In this document: piece by piece, positions 16,735 to 26,905 of the stretch
Layout: the number at the start of each line of letters is the position of its first letter
Position numbering within the stretch: position 1 is the stretch's first letter
Assembly: GCA_951406725.2 (NCBI GenBank)
Contig: OX597817.1
Coordinates: 137,330,001-137,394,000 of the forward strand
Length of the DNA: 64,000 nt
Reading direction: 5' to 3'
From: Octopus vulgaris
Taxonomy: Eukaryota
The notes under the pieces: generated by a model
Seen by the model: the letters and a program-made list of their open reading frames with translations, nothing else
What the model was told of the DNA's origin: nothing
Database searches by the model: none
Translations under genes and position numbers: made by a program

Positions 16735-16737
<3 letters not shown>
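16325..16737 (-). mobile_element. SINE family C with internal (TA/CA)n microsatellite
   Basis: Minus strand reads AGGCGCGGGTGTAGCTGTGTGGTAAGTAG...TTGGTAGACGGAAACTGAAAGA-microsatellite-...GCATAGCCACAGTCAAATG. Paralogs at 54040, 39055, 48058, 37490 and 30210. Confidence 0.85.
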
Positions 16738-16785
<48 letters not shown>

Positions 16786-16789
<4 letters not shown>

Positions 16790-17190
16790 GAAATGAAGAA
16801 AATGCTGACAAAATAATTTAAGTAATTTAAGTAATTTAATTAGGTGAAGTTCTTTTTACCGGTTGCGCATTTGTTATGCTTATGAAAATATATTTTTTAA
16901 AGAGAGATTAGAGTTCCTTTTCTGATAGATTTTTTCCTCTTAGTTGCGCATTTATTATGCTTATCAAAATATATTTTTTAAAGAGAGATTAGAGTTCCTT
17001 TTCTGATAGATTTTTTCCTCTTATCTGGAAAGATAAGAGGAAAAAATCTATCAGAAAAGGAACTCTAATCTTTCTTTAAAAAATATATTTTGATAAGCAT
17101 AACAAATGCGCAACCGGTAAAAAGAACTTCACCTAATTAAATTACTTAAATTACTTAAATTATTTTGTCAGCATTTTCTTCATTTCCTTT
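16786..17190. repeat. Near-perfect palindrome (160-bp right arm, 4-nt GGAA loop) with an 81-bp tandem duplication in the left arm, flanked by (TA)n
   Basis: 17031-17190 is the reverse complement of the left arm, and 16862-16942 repeats as 16943-17023. Confidence 0.93.
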
Positions 17191-17218
17191 TTATATATCA
17201 CAACTCGTGTTCCACATC

Positions 17219-17258
<40 letters not shown>

Positions 17259-17589
17259 AGTGAATTCGTATTTCCCTCATTTGTCTATATAAATGTGGAT
17301 ATGCTGATTAACTTCTGTATGCCCCGATGTCGCCTGGTCGGAAATATGGAGGGTAAGATTTCCTAGCATTTCTAGATTTATTTACCGGAATATTATGTTG
17401 ATAAAGGAAATGAATCTTTGATTCTAATCCAGAAACGTACGTCCATAATTGACCGTGGACTGTTTGATTTCGTTATATATATATATATATATATATATTG
17501 TAAAGTAAAGACCTCCTTCGGTCATGAATGAGCAAGGGATTGCACCTAGAAAGCTACCCCCACCCCACGAGGCACAAGTCCGTGCAAGG

Positions 17590-17915
17590 GCATCATAACT
17601 CATTCTGCTGAGATATATCCAATTGTCAGAGGTTTGTCTGGTATTTCTTGAAGGAATTTATCCCTGTACCATTTGAACGTTATGGGGTCTTTTCTCCTTT
17701 GACTTCTATCCCGATGTTTGGTTGAATAGGGCAGGACCAGCTGGAGTGAAACACTGGGCCGCATTCTGGTGATGTAATGTGAGTTTGATTCTTGTAGGGG
17801 CGCATAGTTCCGGGGGTCAAATCTTGGATGACTCGTAAACTTGGCATCAGTAACATTTAGACGTTGTACAAATGATATTGGCGTTTAAGACTGAAGCGAT
17901 CCCAACAGTGATAAC
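17590..17915 (-). mobile_element. Decayed CR1/L2-group LINE ORF2 3' fragment
   Basis: Minus-strand translation gives ...AGPALFNQ...FKWYRDKFLQEIPDKP..., homologous to the C-terminus of the 46189 ORF, with stops. Confidence 0.6.
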
Positions 17916-17925
17916 CTGTCATACC

Positions 17926-18177
17926 ATCATCATCATCATCATCGTTTAACGTCCGTTTTCCGCGCTAGCACGGGTTGGACGGTTCGACAGGGGTCTGGGA
18001 AGCCAGGGCTGCACCAGGCTCCAGCCTGACCTGGCATTGTTTCTACAGCTGGATGCCCTTCCTAACGCTTACCACTCCGCGAGTGTAGTGGGTGCTTTTT
18101 ACGTGCCACCGACACAGGTGCCAGGGGAGTCTGGCATCGGCCACGATCGGTTGGTGCTTTTAACGTGCCACCGGCAC
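17926..18177 (-). mobile_element. SINE family D (V-domain-like, (ATG)n tail)
   Basis: Minus strand reads ...GTGGCACGTAAAAAGCACC...GCGTTAGGAAGGGCATCCAGCTGTAGAAAC...GGACGTTAAACGATGATGATG. Related pieces at 25592-25720, 48718-48920 and 51345-51485. Confidence 0.75.
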
Positions 18178-19133
18178 ATATTTATTTATACTTTGTGTTC
18201 GATCTTTGAGGGCTTCATTTTCCGTAACTTTAAAATTTTTTTTTTTTTATTTTGCTTATAAAGATCATAAGCGGGCAGCAGTAGGTGTGGCCAGGAAAAT
18301 GTAGAGAAGAATGTCGGTATCAGAATCTCTGAACTGGAAAGTTCTCAGGCTTCATGAGAACTTTCTACGGGCCATATTGATTCTATTAATGATGTGTGCG
18401 CTCTAGTTTAGGCCGTTGTCCATACTTACACTTAAGTCTCTCACGCTATTTGAAACTACGACAACCTTATCCAAGAGAAGAGAATATGACGATTTAAGTA
18501 TATTCTGTTTTCTGAAATGGATGAGAAAGTACATTTTGTTTTGTGGGTAATTTAGTTGTTATTTCTAGCAAGTCAGAATAGAGCCTCCCTTCCCATTTGC
18601 TCCGTTGAAACAATCCCTCACTGCACTCCACTTACGTTTCTGTCTGTTTATATTTTCTTGAACCACATTTTCACTAAAAACAACATTTTTACTCTTGGTT
18701 TCTTGCGCTTTATAATTTGTGTGTGCGCGCGCGCGTCGTTGTGTAAACGTTCGTAAGCAGAAGTATGTGTGTAAATGTGTGAGTGTCTGTGTATTTTTGT
18801 GTGTGCTAGTGATCGTGTGTGTGTGTGTGTGTGTATTTATGTATGTGTGCACAAATGTTATTTTTGTTAGTTCTTGTAATCACGTGTTGCTAAAACGTGT
18901 TGAGAGAATAATAGCAGCGGCGGCGGGAGTGGGGCGGGGGGTGGCAGTAGGGCGACATAATAGCAGCGGGGTGGATGAAGGGGTGGTAGGGTGGAATAAT
19001 CGCAGTTTTTCAAGCCATTCAGTCGATTCGTTGAGACCAACAAACCTGATCCGTTGTTAAACATTGACGACAATCTTACAGCGGTGGTGGCTTTGTTTGT
19101 AAACGTAGTGGGACGAAAATAGCATTGAATAAA

Positions 19134-19167
<34 letters not shown>

Positions 19168-19169
<2 letters not shown>

Positions 19170-19176
19170 TGCATAT

Positions 19177-19207
<31 letters not shown>

Positions 19208-19452
19208 ACACCCACATCTACACATACACAAAAGCTGTACATTAACTTTGTGCATTCTGTGCGGCCTCGTTATGTCATTCATATAGTTTTTATTGGGCTT
19301 TCTGCACACATACACACACACACACACGTATGCATATATTTACACACACACACACAAACACCCACATCTACACATACACAAAAGCTGTACATTAACTTTG
19401 TGCATTCTGTTCGGCCTCGTTATGTCATTCATATAGTTTTTATTGGGCTTTC

Positions 19453-19490
<38 letters not shown>
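19168..19490. repeat. Tandem duplication with ~160-bp unit bounded by (CA)n
   Basis: cccacatctacacatacacaaaagctgtac...attgggctttctgc occurs at ~19210 and ~19361, nearly identical. Confidence 0.9.
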
Positions 19491-19491
<1 letters not shown>

Positions 19492-19803
19492 GTATGCATA
19501 AATGAATGTACGTATATGTGTGTATGTATGTGTGTGCGTGCGTGAGAGCAAGAGGAAGAGAGAGAGGAAGAAAGAGAGAGTGAGTGTGCGTGTGTGTGTT
19601 TGTGTATGTGTGTGTGTGTGTGTATGTGTGTGTGTGTGCCTGTGTGTGTGTGTTTGTATGTGTCTGCTCTGCATATTCAACTTTTTGTCTGAAGGAGGAA
19701 TGGTGATGATTATTCAACTGTGCGGAATCTCCAAGACTGTTGGGAGGAATTTATAAGCAGAACCCAACCGGAATCAAAATGTTTAGGGTGAGAGAAGAAA
19801 GAG

Positions 19804-19847
<44 letters not shown>

Positions 19848-20149
19848 CAGACAGACATATACACAAAAGCGTTGTAACAACAGCAATAATTAGAATAATA
19901 ATTGCATAAAGAGACTCAGATATTGATGAAGGTAAGAGTGTCTGTGTGTGTGCCAACAAAAATTATTATACTCTAGTCTACACATGTACGGAATAGATCT
20001 ATGTTCAGCTAATGTTGTTTTATGTGTTTAGGAACACTTATCTTTAATTGCATGCCTGTGTATGATATATATATATATATACACACACATATACAGACAC
20101 ATAAATATACATATATACATATTTATTTACACTTAAACCCACATGTGTA

Positions 20150-20233
<84 letters not shown>

Positions 20234-20257
20234 CATATATATATATATATGTATATA

Positions 20258-20290
<33 letters not shown>

Positions 20291-20459
20291 GTATACTTTG
20301 ATACTTGATACTTTGATAGGTTTCATTATTGCAGGACTATATATGGTGATCTTCAAGTCAGTATATAAAGTATATATATCCGGGTGTATATATTTCTTGA
20401 AGGAATCTGTCCAAAGACTTCTTGAACCCTATAGGGTCAGTTTCTGTTTTATAATGTTA

Positions 20460-20515
<56 letters not shown>

Positions 20516-20565
20516 ACATATATATGTGTGTTTAAGTGTAAATAGATAAATATAAATATATAATG

Positions 20566-20617
<52 letters not shown>

Positions 20618-20618
<1 letters not shown>

Positions 20619-21056
20619 TTCTACTATAGAAACAAGGCCTGAAATTTTGTGGGAGGGGGGCCAGTCGATTAGATTGACCGCAGTACGCAACTGGTACTTA
20701 ATTTATCGACCCCGAACGGATGAAAGGCAAAGTCAACCTCGGCGGAATTTGAACTCAGAACGTAACGACGGGCGAAATACCGCTAAGCATTTCGTCCAGC
20801 GTGCTAACGATTTTGCCAACTCACTGCCTTAATAATAATTATCCTTTCTACTATATGCACAAGGCCTGAAATTTTGTGGGAAGGGTGTAGACGATTTCAT
20901 CGATCCCAGTGTTCAACTGATACTTAATTTATCGACTCCGAAAGGATGAAAGGTAAAGTCGACCCCGGCAGCATTTGAACCCAGAACGTAACGACGGGTC
21001 AAATGCCACAAAGCATTTTTCCCGGTGTGCAAACGATTCTGCCAGTTCACCGCCTT
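20618..21056 (-). mobile_element. Two adjacent family-B SINE monomers (tail type A) embedded in (TAA)n
   Basis: Copies at 20618-20830 and 20843-21056, each with a full head and a ...ggccttgtgc.tatagtagaaa-type tail. Confidence 0.85.
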
Positions 21057-21081
21057 AATAATAATAATGATAATGATAGTA

Positions 21082-21142
<61 letters not shown>

Positions 21143-22155
21143 GGATTAAGACGAGTTTTTATTAAAGTTGCTATGCGGATTTCACCATTATTTTGGTTTG
21201 CAGCCCTGCAACACAATTTCCAAAAAGCATGTAGATGCTCAACCACAATCGCTCTTCAGGGGACGCTTTATTTTATCAAGTTACAGTAACTATGGCAGTT
21301 GGTACGCATTTTTGACTGACGCAGAAACTGCAGGAGCTAACCAGTGGTTTTGCGTGCTCTTCTAAATCCATTGCGGTGTTAGAAACCCTTCTGCATCATC
21401 AGCCGGTAACTGAGGGTTTCAAGCATTTCGCCCCTTAGTCTATACGGTTCACCTGAGTTGGGAACTGAGGGCTAAATTAACAGTGAGAGTGGAAGGGAGA
21501 ATGAATATATTTCATGTGAAGGCCGCTGACTGTACTTGAATGAGAACTTCAGATTTGCTATTAACCTCTAAGTCTTATTTTTGCACTAGAGTAATTTGTG
21601 TGCTCGCTTGAGTAGACGCAATATTGGTCATAAGTTCGAAATGGCCGTTAGTATAATATTGTGTCTTAGAATCAGTTATGGATAATTCCATGTGACATTC
21701 GTGGGAGACAGGAAACAAGAGCTAAACATTGACCCCTTAGATGTTACGATTGTTGAAAGTATTGATGTAACGTGTTAGAAGACACGGCAAAAGAGAAAGT
21801 AAAAACGAGGCAATACAAAAAAAGAAAAGAAGGCGAAACCTCCAGTCTTGGGACGAGAGAAATACATTCGTAGTATTGTTGACATGAAAGAATAAGTTAG
21901 GTAATTTGAAGTAAGATTGCATAAATTATGTTAAAAACATGCGAACCAATGTTAAATGTTACGAAAAAGAATTGCTGTTCCCATACAAAGAAACATTCAT
22001 ACAATTAAAGATAAGTATTTCTAAACATGTAAAACACACACGTTCGTGTGTGTGTGTGTGTGTGTGTACAAAAGAAACTAAACTAAAGTGAAGGGACTCA
22101 CCTAGTAATTTTGATATTGTTGCCCTGAAAGCAAGAAATCTTTGGTTGAGTTGTC

Positions 22156-24105
22156 TCAAGAGCTACTCGCTGATATCAGCAGCAATGGCGACTGGCGTTG
22201 TGCAAATCTTTGCTGCATCGAAAGAACGGCGCTGTAGCTTGTTTGCAGACGAGTGCTTTGGTTTTCTAACCTCTCCTTTAGATTGGTTAGTGTCTGTAGA
22301 AGCATCTGTTTCCGGTGCATGATCACGTGTTTTTGTAATTTCCTTTTCTCTTGCACTCGGATCTTTTCGGCTTCTTTCGCCTCACGAATTTTTTGCTCCA
22401 CAAGTTGTTTCTCTTGGCGAAGTTTGTTGACTTTCTCTTCAAGACTGCATCTTATCTCGTTGAGAGATCGACGCGGCACAGCACCGGTGACACATCCATC
22501 GTCGTCGACCACAACTTTAGCTATACTGTCTTTCTCATTTCCAGTAGGCTTTACGTATTGGTTTTTGCCGACAAGACTGGATACTTTTTCCGATTCTTCC
22601 AATGCCAACAGCTCATCGTCATCAGAGCAGCAATCGGTAGATTGGAGAACCTTTATTGTCGATTCGTCCAAAGTTGCAACCACTTCGTCATCAGTTAAAT
22701 CGTCACGGAAAAGATCCATAAGCTCGCTCTCTTCGGCTAATTCAGACCGAATCTCGGATTCCTCGTCTTCCGTTTTGTTGTTGTCATCGGATAAATCTCT
22801 GCTCCTTCGCCCAGTTTGGACTGTAGCATTAATGTCTCCTTGTTCTGAAATATTTTCAAAAGCCTTGTCTAAATCAGATGAGGGACTGTCGAAGGCTAAA
22901 CTCGAATAGCCAGTGTCTGTTTCCCGTATATCAGTCAACTCAGAGCTGAGAGTTGATGAAACTAATGAGCCTTCCAGGTCGTTGCTAATGGCGTCGGCTG
23001 CAACGCTTTCATCACAGCTGTCGTCATGGCAACAACTGAATTCTGAGCAAGTGCTCCTCCGTTTATCGCGACGAGAGTCGTCGGTTAATAAGTCTTGAAT
23101 GGAAAGGTAACTCTCGTTCCGCAGCTGTTGGAGGTCTCCTTCCAGCAAATTCTCCAGTGTTTCTTCATATTCGAAGCTGATTCGATGGTCAAAGTATCCG
23201 TCGTCTTCTTCTTCTGTAATCGACCCATTCTTGTCTCCGATTGGTGATTGTTCATCACTGTCCGACAAGTAATAACCACGTGGACGGCCGTTGCCAATTG
23301 CGGCGTTTAAGTTGGTCAGTACGAACTTTCGTGTCCAGCTGCGGTCAGAGCGTACTCGACATCCTTTATTTTCTTGAAGTCGCCGGAAATCAGCGTTTGC
23401 GGCCGGATGTGAATATCGGCCCTTAGTAATATGTGGCGACACTAGGGGCGAATGAGAGGTAAGTGAGGATGAGGAAGACGAGTAAGTTGGTGAAGTGGAT
23501 GGTGTCGGTCTTGGTGAAGGTAACCAAGGATTGGTCCGGATGCGAGATCGTGTCTTCGGAATGTTCTGCTTGTCGCTAGAAGCCGAGCTACAGCCACTGG
23601 TGCTGCTATTCTCATCGTTATCTGTACTTTCAGCATCTTGTGATGATGATGACGAAGATGACGCCATAATCTGTGAAATGTGTTTGTCGCAACAAACGCA
23701 TTTGTTGTCACCAGGTGCTCCTTTGATGTTGACATTAAAGTTCACAACATCTATGCAGTCTATAGCATGGCAATTGTTCTCAGTTTTGTTTGTACTGCCA
23801 TTGCCTACATTATTTGTTGGCGTTATTGATGCTGTTGTTGTGGTAGTTGTTGAACTGGTGTGGTTCCCATTACTGGTGCCACTACTAACACTGCCGCTGT
23901 TTTCGATTCCACTTCGGAAGCAGACATTTTTCACAATATCAATGTCACCTTTTGCATTCATATCAGGGGACATTTCTGGACTAAAACTATTGCAGTTGCG
24001 GTCGTACTGTTGTGCTTCATTGTTCAGTACTTGAAAAGACGGTTGTTTTTTCTTCCTGGCCCTCATTCGGGGCAAGGAGCTGACCATTAGCTGACGGAGC
24101 TTCAT
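22156..24105 (-). CDS. Uncharacterised 649-aa protein in a single coding exon: basic N-terminus (RMRARKKK), Ser/Thr/acidic low-complexity body, RSRIRTNPWLPSP motif, C-terminal coiled coil
   Basis: A 1950-nt stop-free ORF with higher GC and non-repetitive sequence in an otherwise microsatellite-rich window. ATG context is AAGATGA, in-frame stops lie just upstream, and a splice acceptor sits 46 nt upstream. The C-terminus is heptad-like (LEEKVNKLRQEKQLVEQKIRE...LERLENQ-type pattern). No family recognised. Confidence 0.88.
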   Translation of the reverse strand: MKLRQLMVSSLPRMRARKKKQPSFQVLNNEAQQYDRNCNSFSPEMSPDMNAKGDIDIVKNVCFRSGIENSGSVSSGTSNGNHTSSTTTTTTASITPTNNVGNGSTNKTENNCHAIDCIDVVNFNVNIKGAPGDNKCVCCDKHISQIMASSSSSSSQDAESTDNDENSSTSGCSSASSDKQNIPKTRSRIRTNPWLPSPRPTPSTSPTYSSSSSSLTSHSPLVSPHITKGRYSHPAANADFRRLQENKGCRVRSDRSWTRKFVLTNLNAAIGNGRPRGYYLSDSDEQSPIGDKNGSITEEEDDGYFDHRISFEYEETLENLLEGDLQQLRNESYLSIQDLLTDDSRRDKRRSTCSEFSCCHDDSCDESVAADAISNDLEGSLVSSTLSSELTDIRETDTGYSSLAFDSPSSDLDKAFENISEQGDINATVQTGRRSRDLSDDNNKTEDEESEIRSELAEESELMDLFRDDLTDDEVVATLDESTIKVLQSTDCCSDDDELLALEESEKVSSLVGKNQYVKPTGNEKDSIAKVVVDDDGCVTGAVPRRSLNEIRCSLEEKVNKLRQEKQLVEQKIREAKEAEKIRVQEKRKLQKHVIMHRKQMLLQTLTNLKERLENQSTRLQTSYSAVLSMQQRFAQRQSPLLLISASSS

Positions 24106-24151
24106 CTTGAATCCAAAAGTAACGGCTTCCTAAACCAGCATCAGTTAACCC

Positions 24152-24176
24152 CTGAAAGAGATAGAAAAAGAAAGAC
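24152..24176 (-). promoter_or_regulatory. 3' splice acceptor preceding the coding exon, which starts at 24151 with 46 nt of 5'UTR
   Basis: The minus strand reads gtctttctttttctatctctttcAG|GGGTTAACTG, a polypyrimidine tract plus CAG. The 46 exonic nt before the ATG contain in-frame TAA and TAG, so they are UTR. Confidence 0.75.
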
Positions 24177-26261
24177 AATGAAAGTTAAGAAAAACAGTTT
24201 AAAGAAGAGTAATATTGTCTTCACAAATTATAATAAAAAATATATTAAAAAATTGAGGAACTTTTAATGGAACTAATTTGAGATAAAAATCGAAAAAAAG
24301 TTATTTTTTAAAATACGCTGTAAAAATAAAATAAAAGAAATTTTTAGGTTTGTAATCGAAGAATGAAAATATCAGAAGACCATGTGATAGAGAAAATATA
24401 TAAAATTGGAGAATATGATGTTGTGGATCGTGATTGCTAGCGGTTATAACGGGAATTGTGTAAGTTTTATAGCCTTCGTGACACAAAAGCACGAGTAACT
24501 TCTCTAGAAACAAAACAAAATGCATTGAAAAAGAAGTGAAAAACAATTTGATAAATTCTTTTCTGTTTCCATTATTTTCGCTAATTATCTCTACATTTAT
24601 ATGAAGAATGGAATCCATTAGTAACATCTCGTGACTTTGAAATCTCTCTCAGAATTTTGTTGAAGTAATTAAGTCACAAGATACAGCCTGTCGCCTTTAC
24701 AAGTTACATAACCGCATTCATTTGTAAAAAAACTAGTTAACGCATAAGTGTTCATCTTTCTCCTTGAACAATGATGATGATGATCATCATCATCATCACT
24801 ACCACTGTGATCAACATCGTCATCATTTTATTGATATGACGCCAAACAAGTTCTATGCATGTGCGTTTGTGTGTGCATGTGTGTGTGTGTGTGTGTTTGT
24901 CCGTGCAGGGTATGGAGTGTGAAAGTCTAACGTCATACCCTTTATGGCTTTAAATACACTCTTCCCGCTTTGTTATTCAACCATCCATTTTATATGACCA
25001 TCACTATCAACATATACATACATTGAGCAAAGCCTACAAGAATTAGCTAACAAATCTGCCTTAAATCACAGCTTGCCGCCATTAAAAGAGATACATGAAA
25101 TAACGTTGGCCTAGATACACTATGCCTGAACAAAAGACATGATGGTCATACATGGAATGTCTTTATTCAAAAGGATTCCCAGTCACAGCTGCATTGCTAT
25201 TAAACATCATAAACTTTTCACGCACTCCACCCCAACCCTCGTTTGAAGTCTTCCCCAAAACGTGACAATCCTTTTCTCTTCTCCGACCGAATTCCCTCGG
25301 CCATCCCTTTTCTCAAGGTCTTTTGGCATCCTGAAGCAAGGAGCAAGGTCCGAGGTCGCTGCAGAAAGAAATACAATGGAGATGCTCACAAGAAATTGAA
25401 ATGCTGGACGTAGACTACTACTACTACTACTACTGCTACTACTACTACTACCACCACCTCCACCACCATTAGCGCCTTAAACAGTCGGAGCACTGAACCA
25501 ATGTCAGCCAATGTCCTGCTAGTTCCACTATTTGTCGCATAACACACCTTAATACCTTGATTCAAGCTCCTTACCACCCAGCTAACAATCTCATCATCAT
25601 CGTTTAACGTCCACTTTTCCATAATTGTGAGGGTCGAACGGAGTTAATTGAAGCAGGTTTTCAACGGCCAGATGCCCTTCACCTATTTCGAAGTGAGGTA
25701 ATATTTCCACATGACCAGACATGTCCTTGCAGAACATCAGGGAGGAATGGCATTGATTGTACGACAAAGATATGTATACAAGCAACGTTTGCACTTATAC
25801 CGTTTCAAAACCGAGGCAGCTCTTTGTCTCATAAAGTAGCGGTTTGACAAATAGAGATCGGTAAAATATGTAGAAAGACTTAAAAACAAGGACTTCATCG
25901 GCATTAGGCTCTTGTGACATTGTCGGTCTTGGATGAATGGAGATATCGTGGATAAGAAAGAATTATGTTTGGGAGAAGATAGTTCCTCTGGTGTTGATTC
26001 CGTTATAAAATGCACGATTGGTACCCTGACGAATGGCTGGTATTAGGAAGAGCAATCGGTGGTAGAAAATATTTAATGAGTTGTAGTTCTCTGAGAGGAT
26101 ATCACGCTGAACACGGACTAACTCGAACTGTGAAGACTCGTCCAACTCATGCTAGCGTGGGTAGAGTACGTAAATGATGCTGGTTATGATGCTGATAACG
26201 GTGACAGAACAGATACATTTGTGCTTCTCTCAAACCAACTTATTTGTGTGTGCATGTGTGC

Positions 26262-26303
<42 letters not shown>

Positions 26304-26867
26304 ATACTGAAGCAGATAGTTTTGAGCATGCTCCTCTCTTTAATTTTTCTTCGAGTGAGGAATATATAATAGGTTCCTCCACCCTTCCTTCGCTGCTGCC
26401 GCCATCACGCCTCCTTCCCTCCTCTTTCTCCTCCTCCTCCTCCTCCTCCTCCTCCTCCTCCTCTATCAGATGCTGTTTATTTACATTGCTGTCACTGCTA
26501 TAAATATGACATCCGTAGGAAACTAGTTCTACCAATATTTGCGTTCAGTGGCGCGGAAAGGAAGTTATCTAAACTGGCTCACACTTTTTGATGTGGAGCG
26601 GAAAATCTGGTCCTCCTCCTATCATACACACACACACTGACACAAGCAAATACTTGAATTACTAAATACTATAAAGTACGTTTCCCTCCGTTGCTCATAT
26701 TTCCGTAAATGCCCTCCATAAGCGCCTCTATACATGTCAATATACATACATACATACACATGCACACACGTATATATATATATGTGTATGTACATTTTGT
26801 ATTGTATTCGAACACACACACACACACACACAGACGCACACACGCACACACACACACACAGACGCAC

Positions 26868-26905
<38 letters not shown>

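Noticed and set aside
22253-24090. Plus-strand ORFs (218, 179, 115 aa and others) overlapping the 649-aa CDS
   Set aside because: Antisense shadows of the real ORF.
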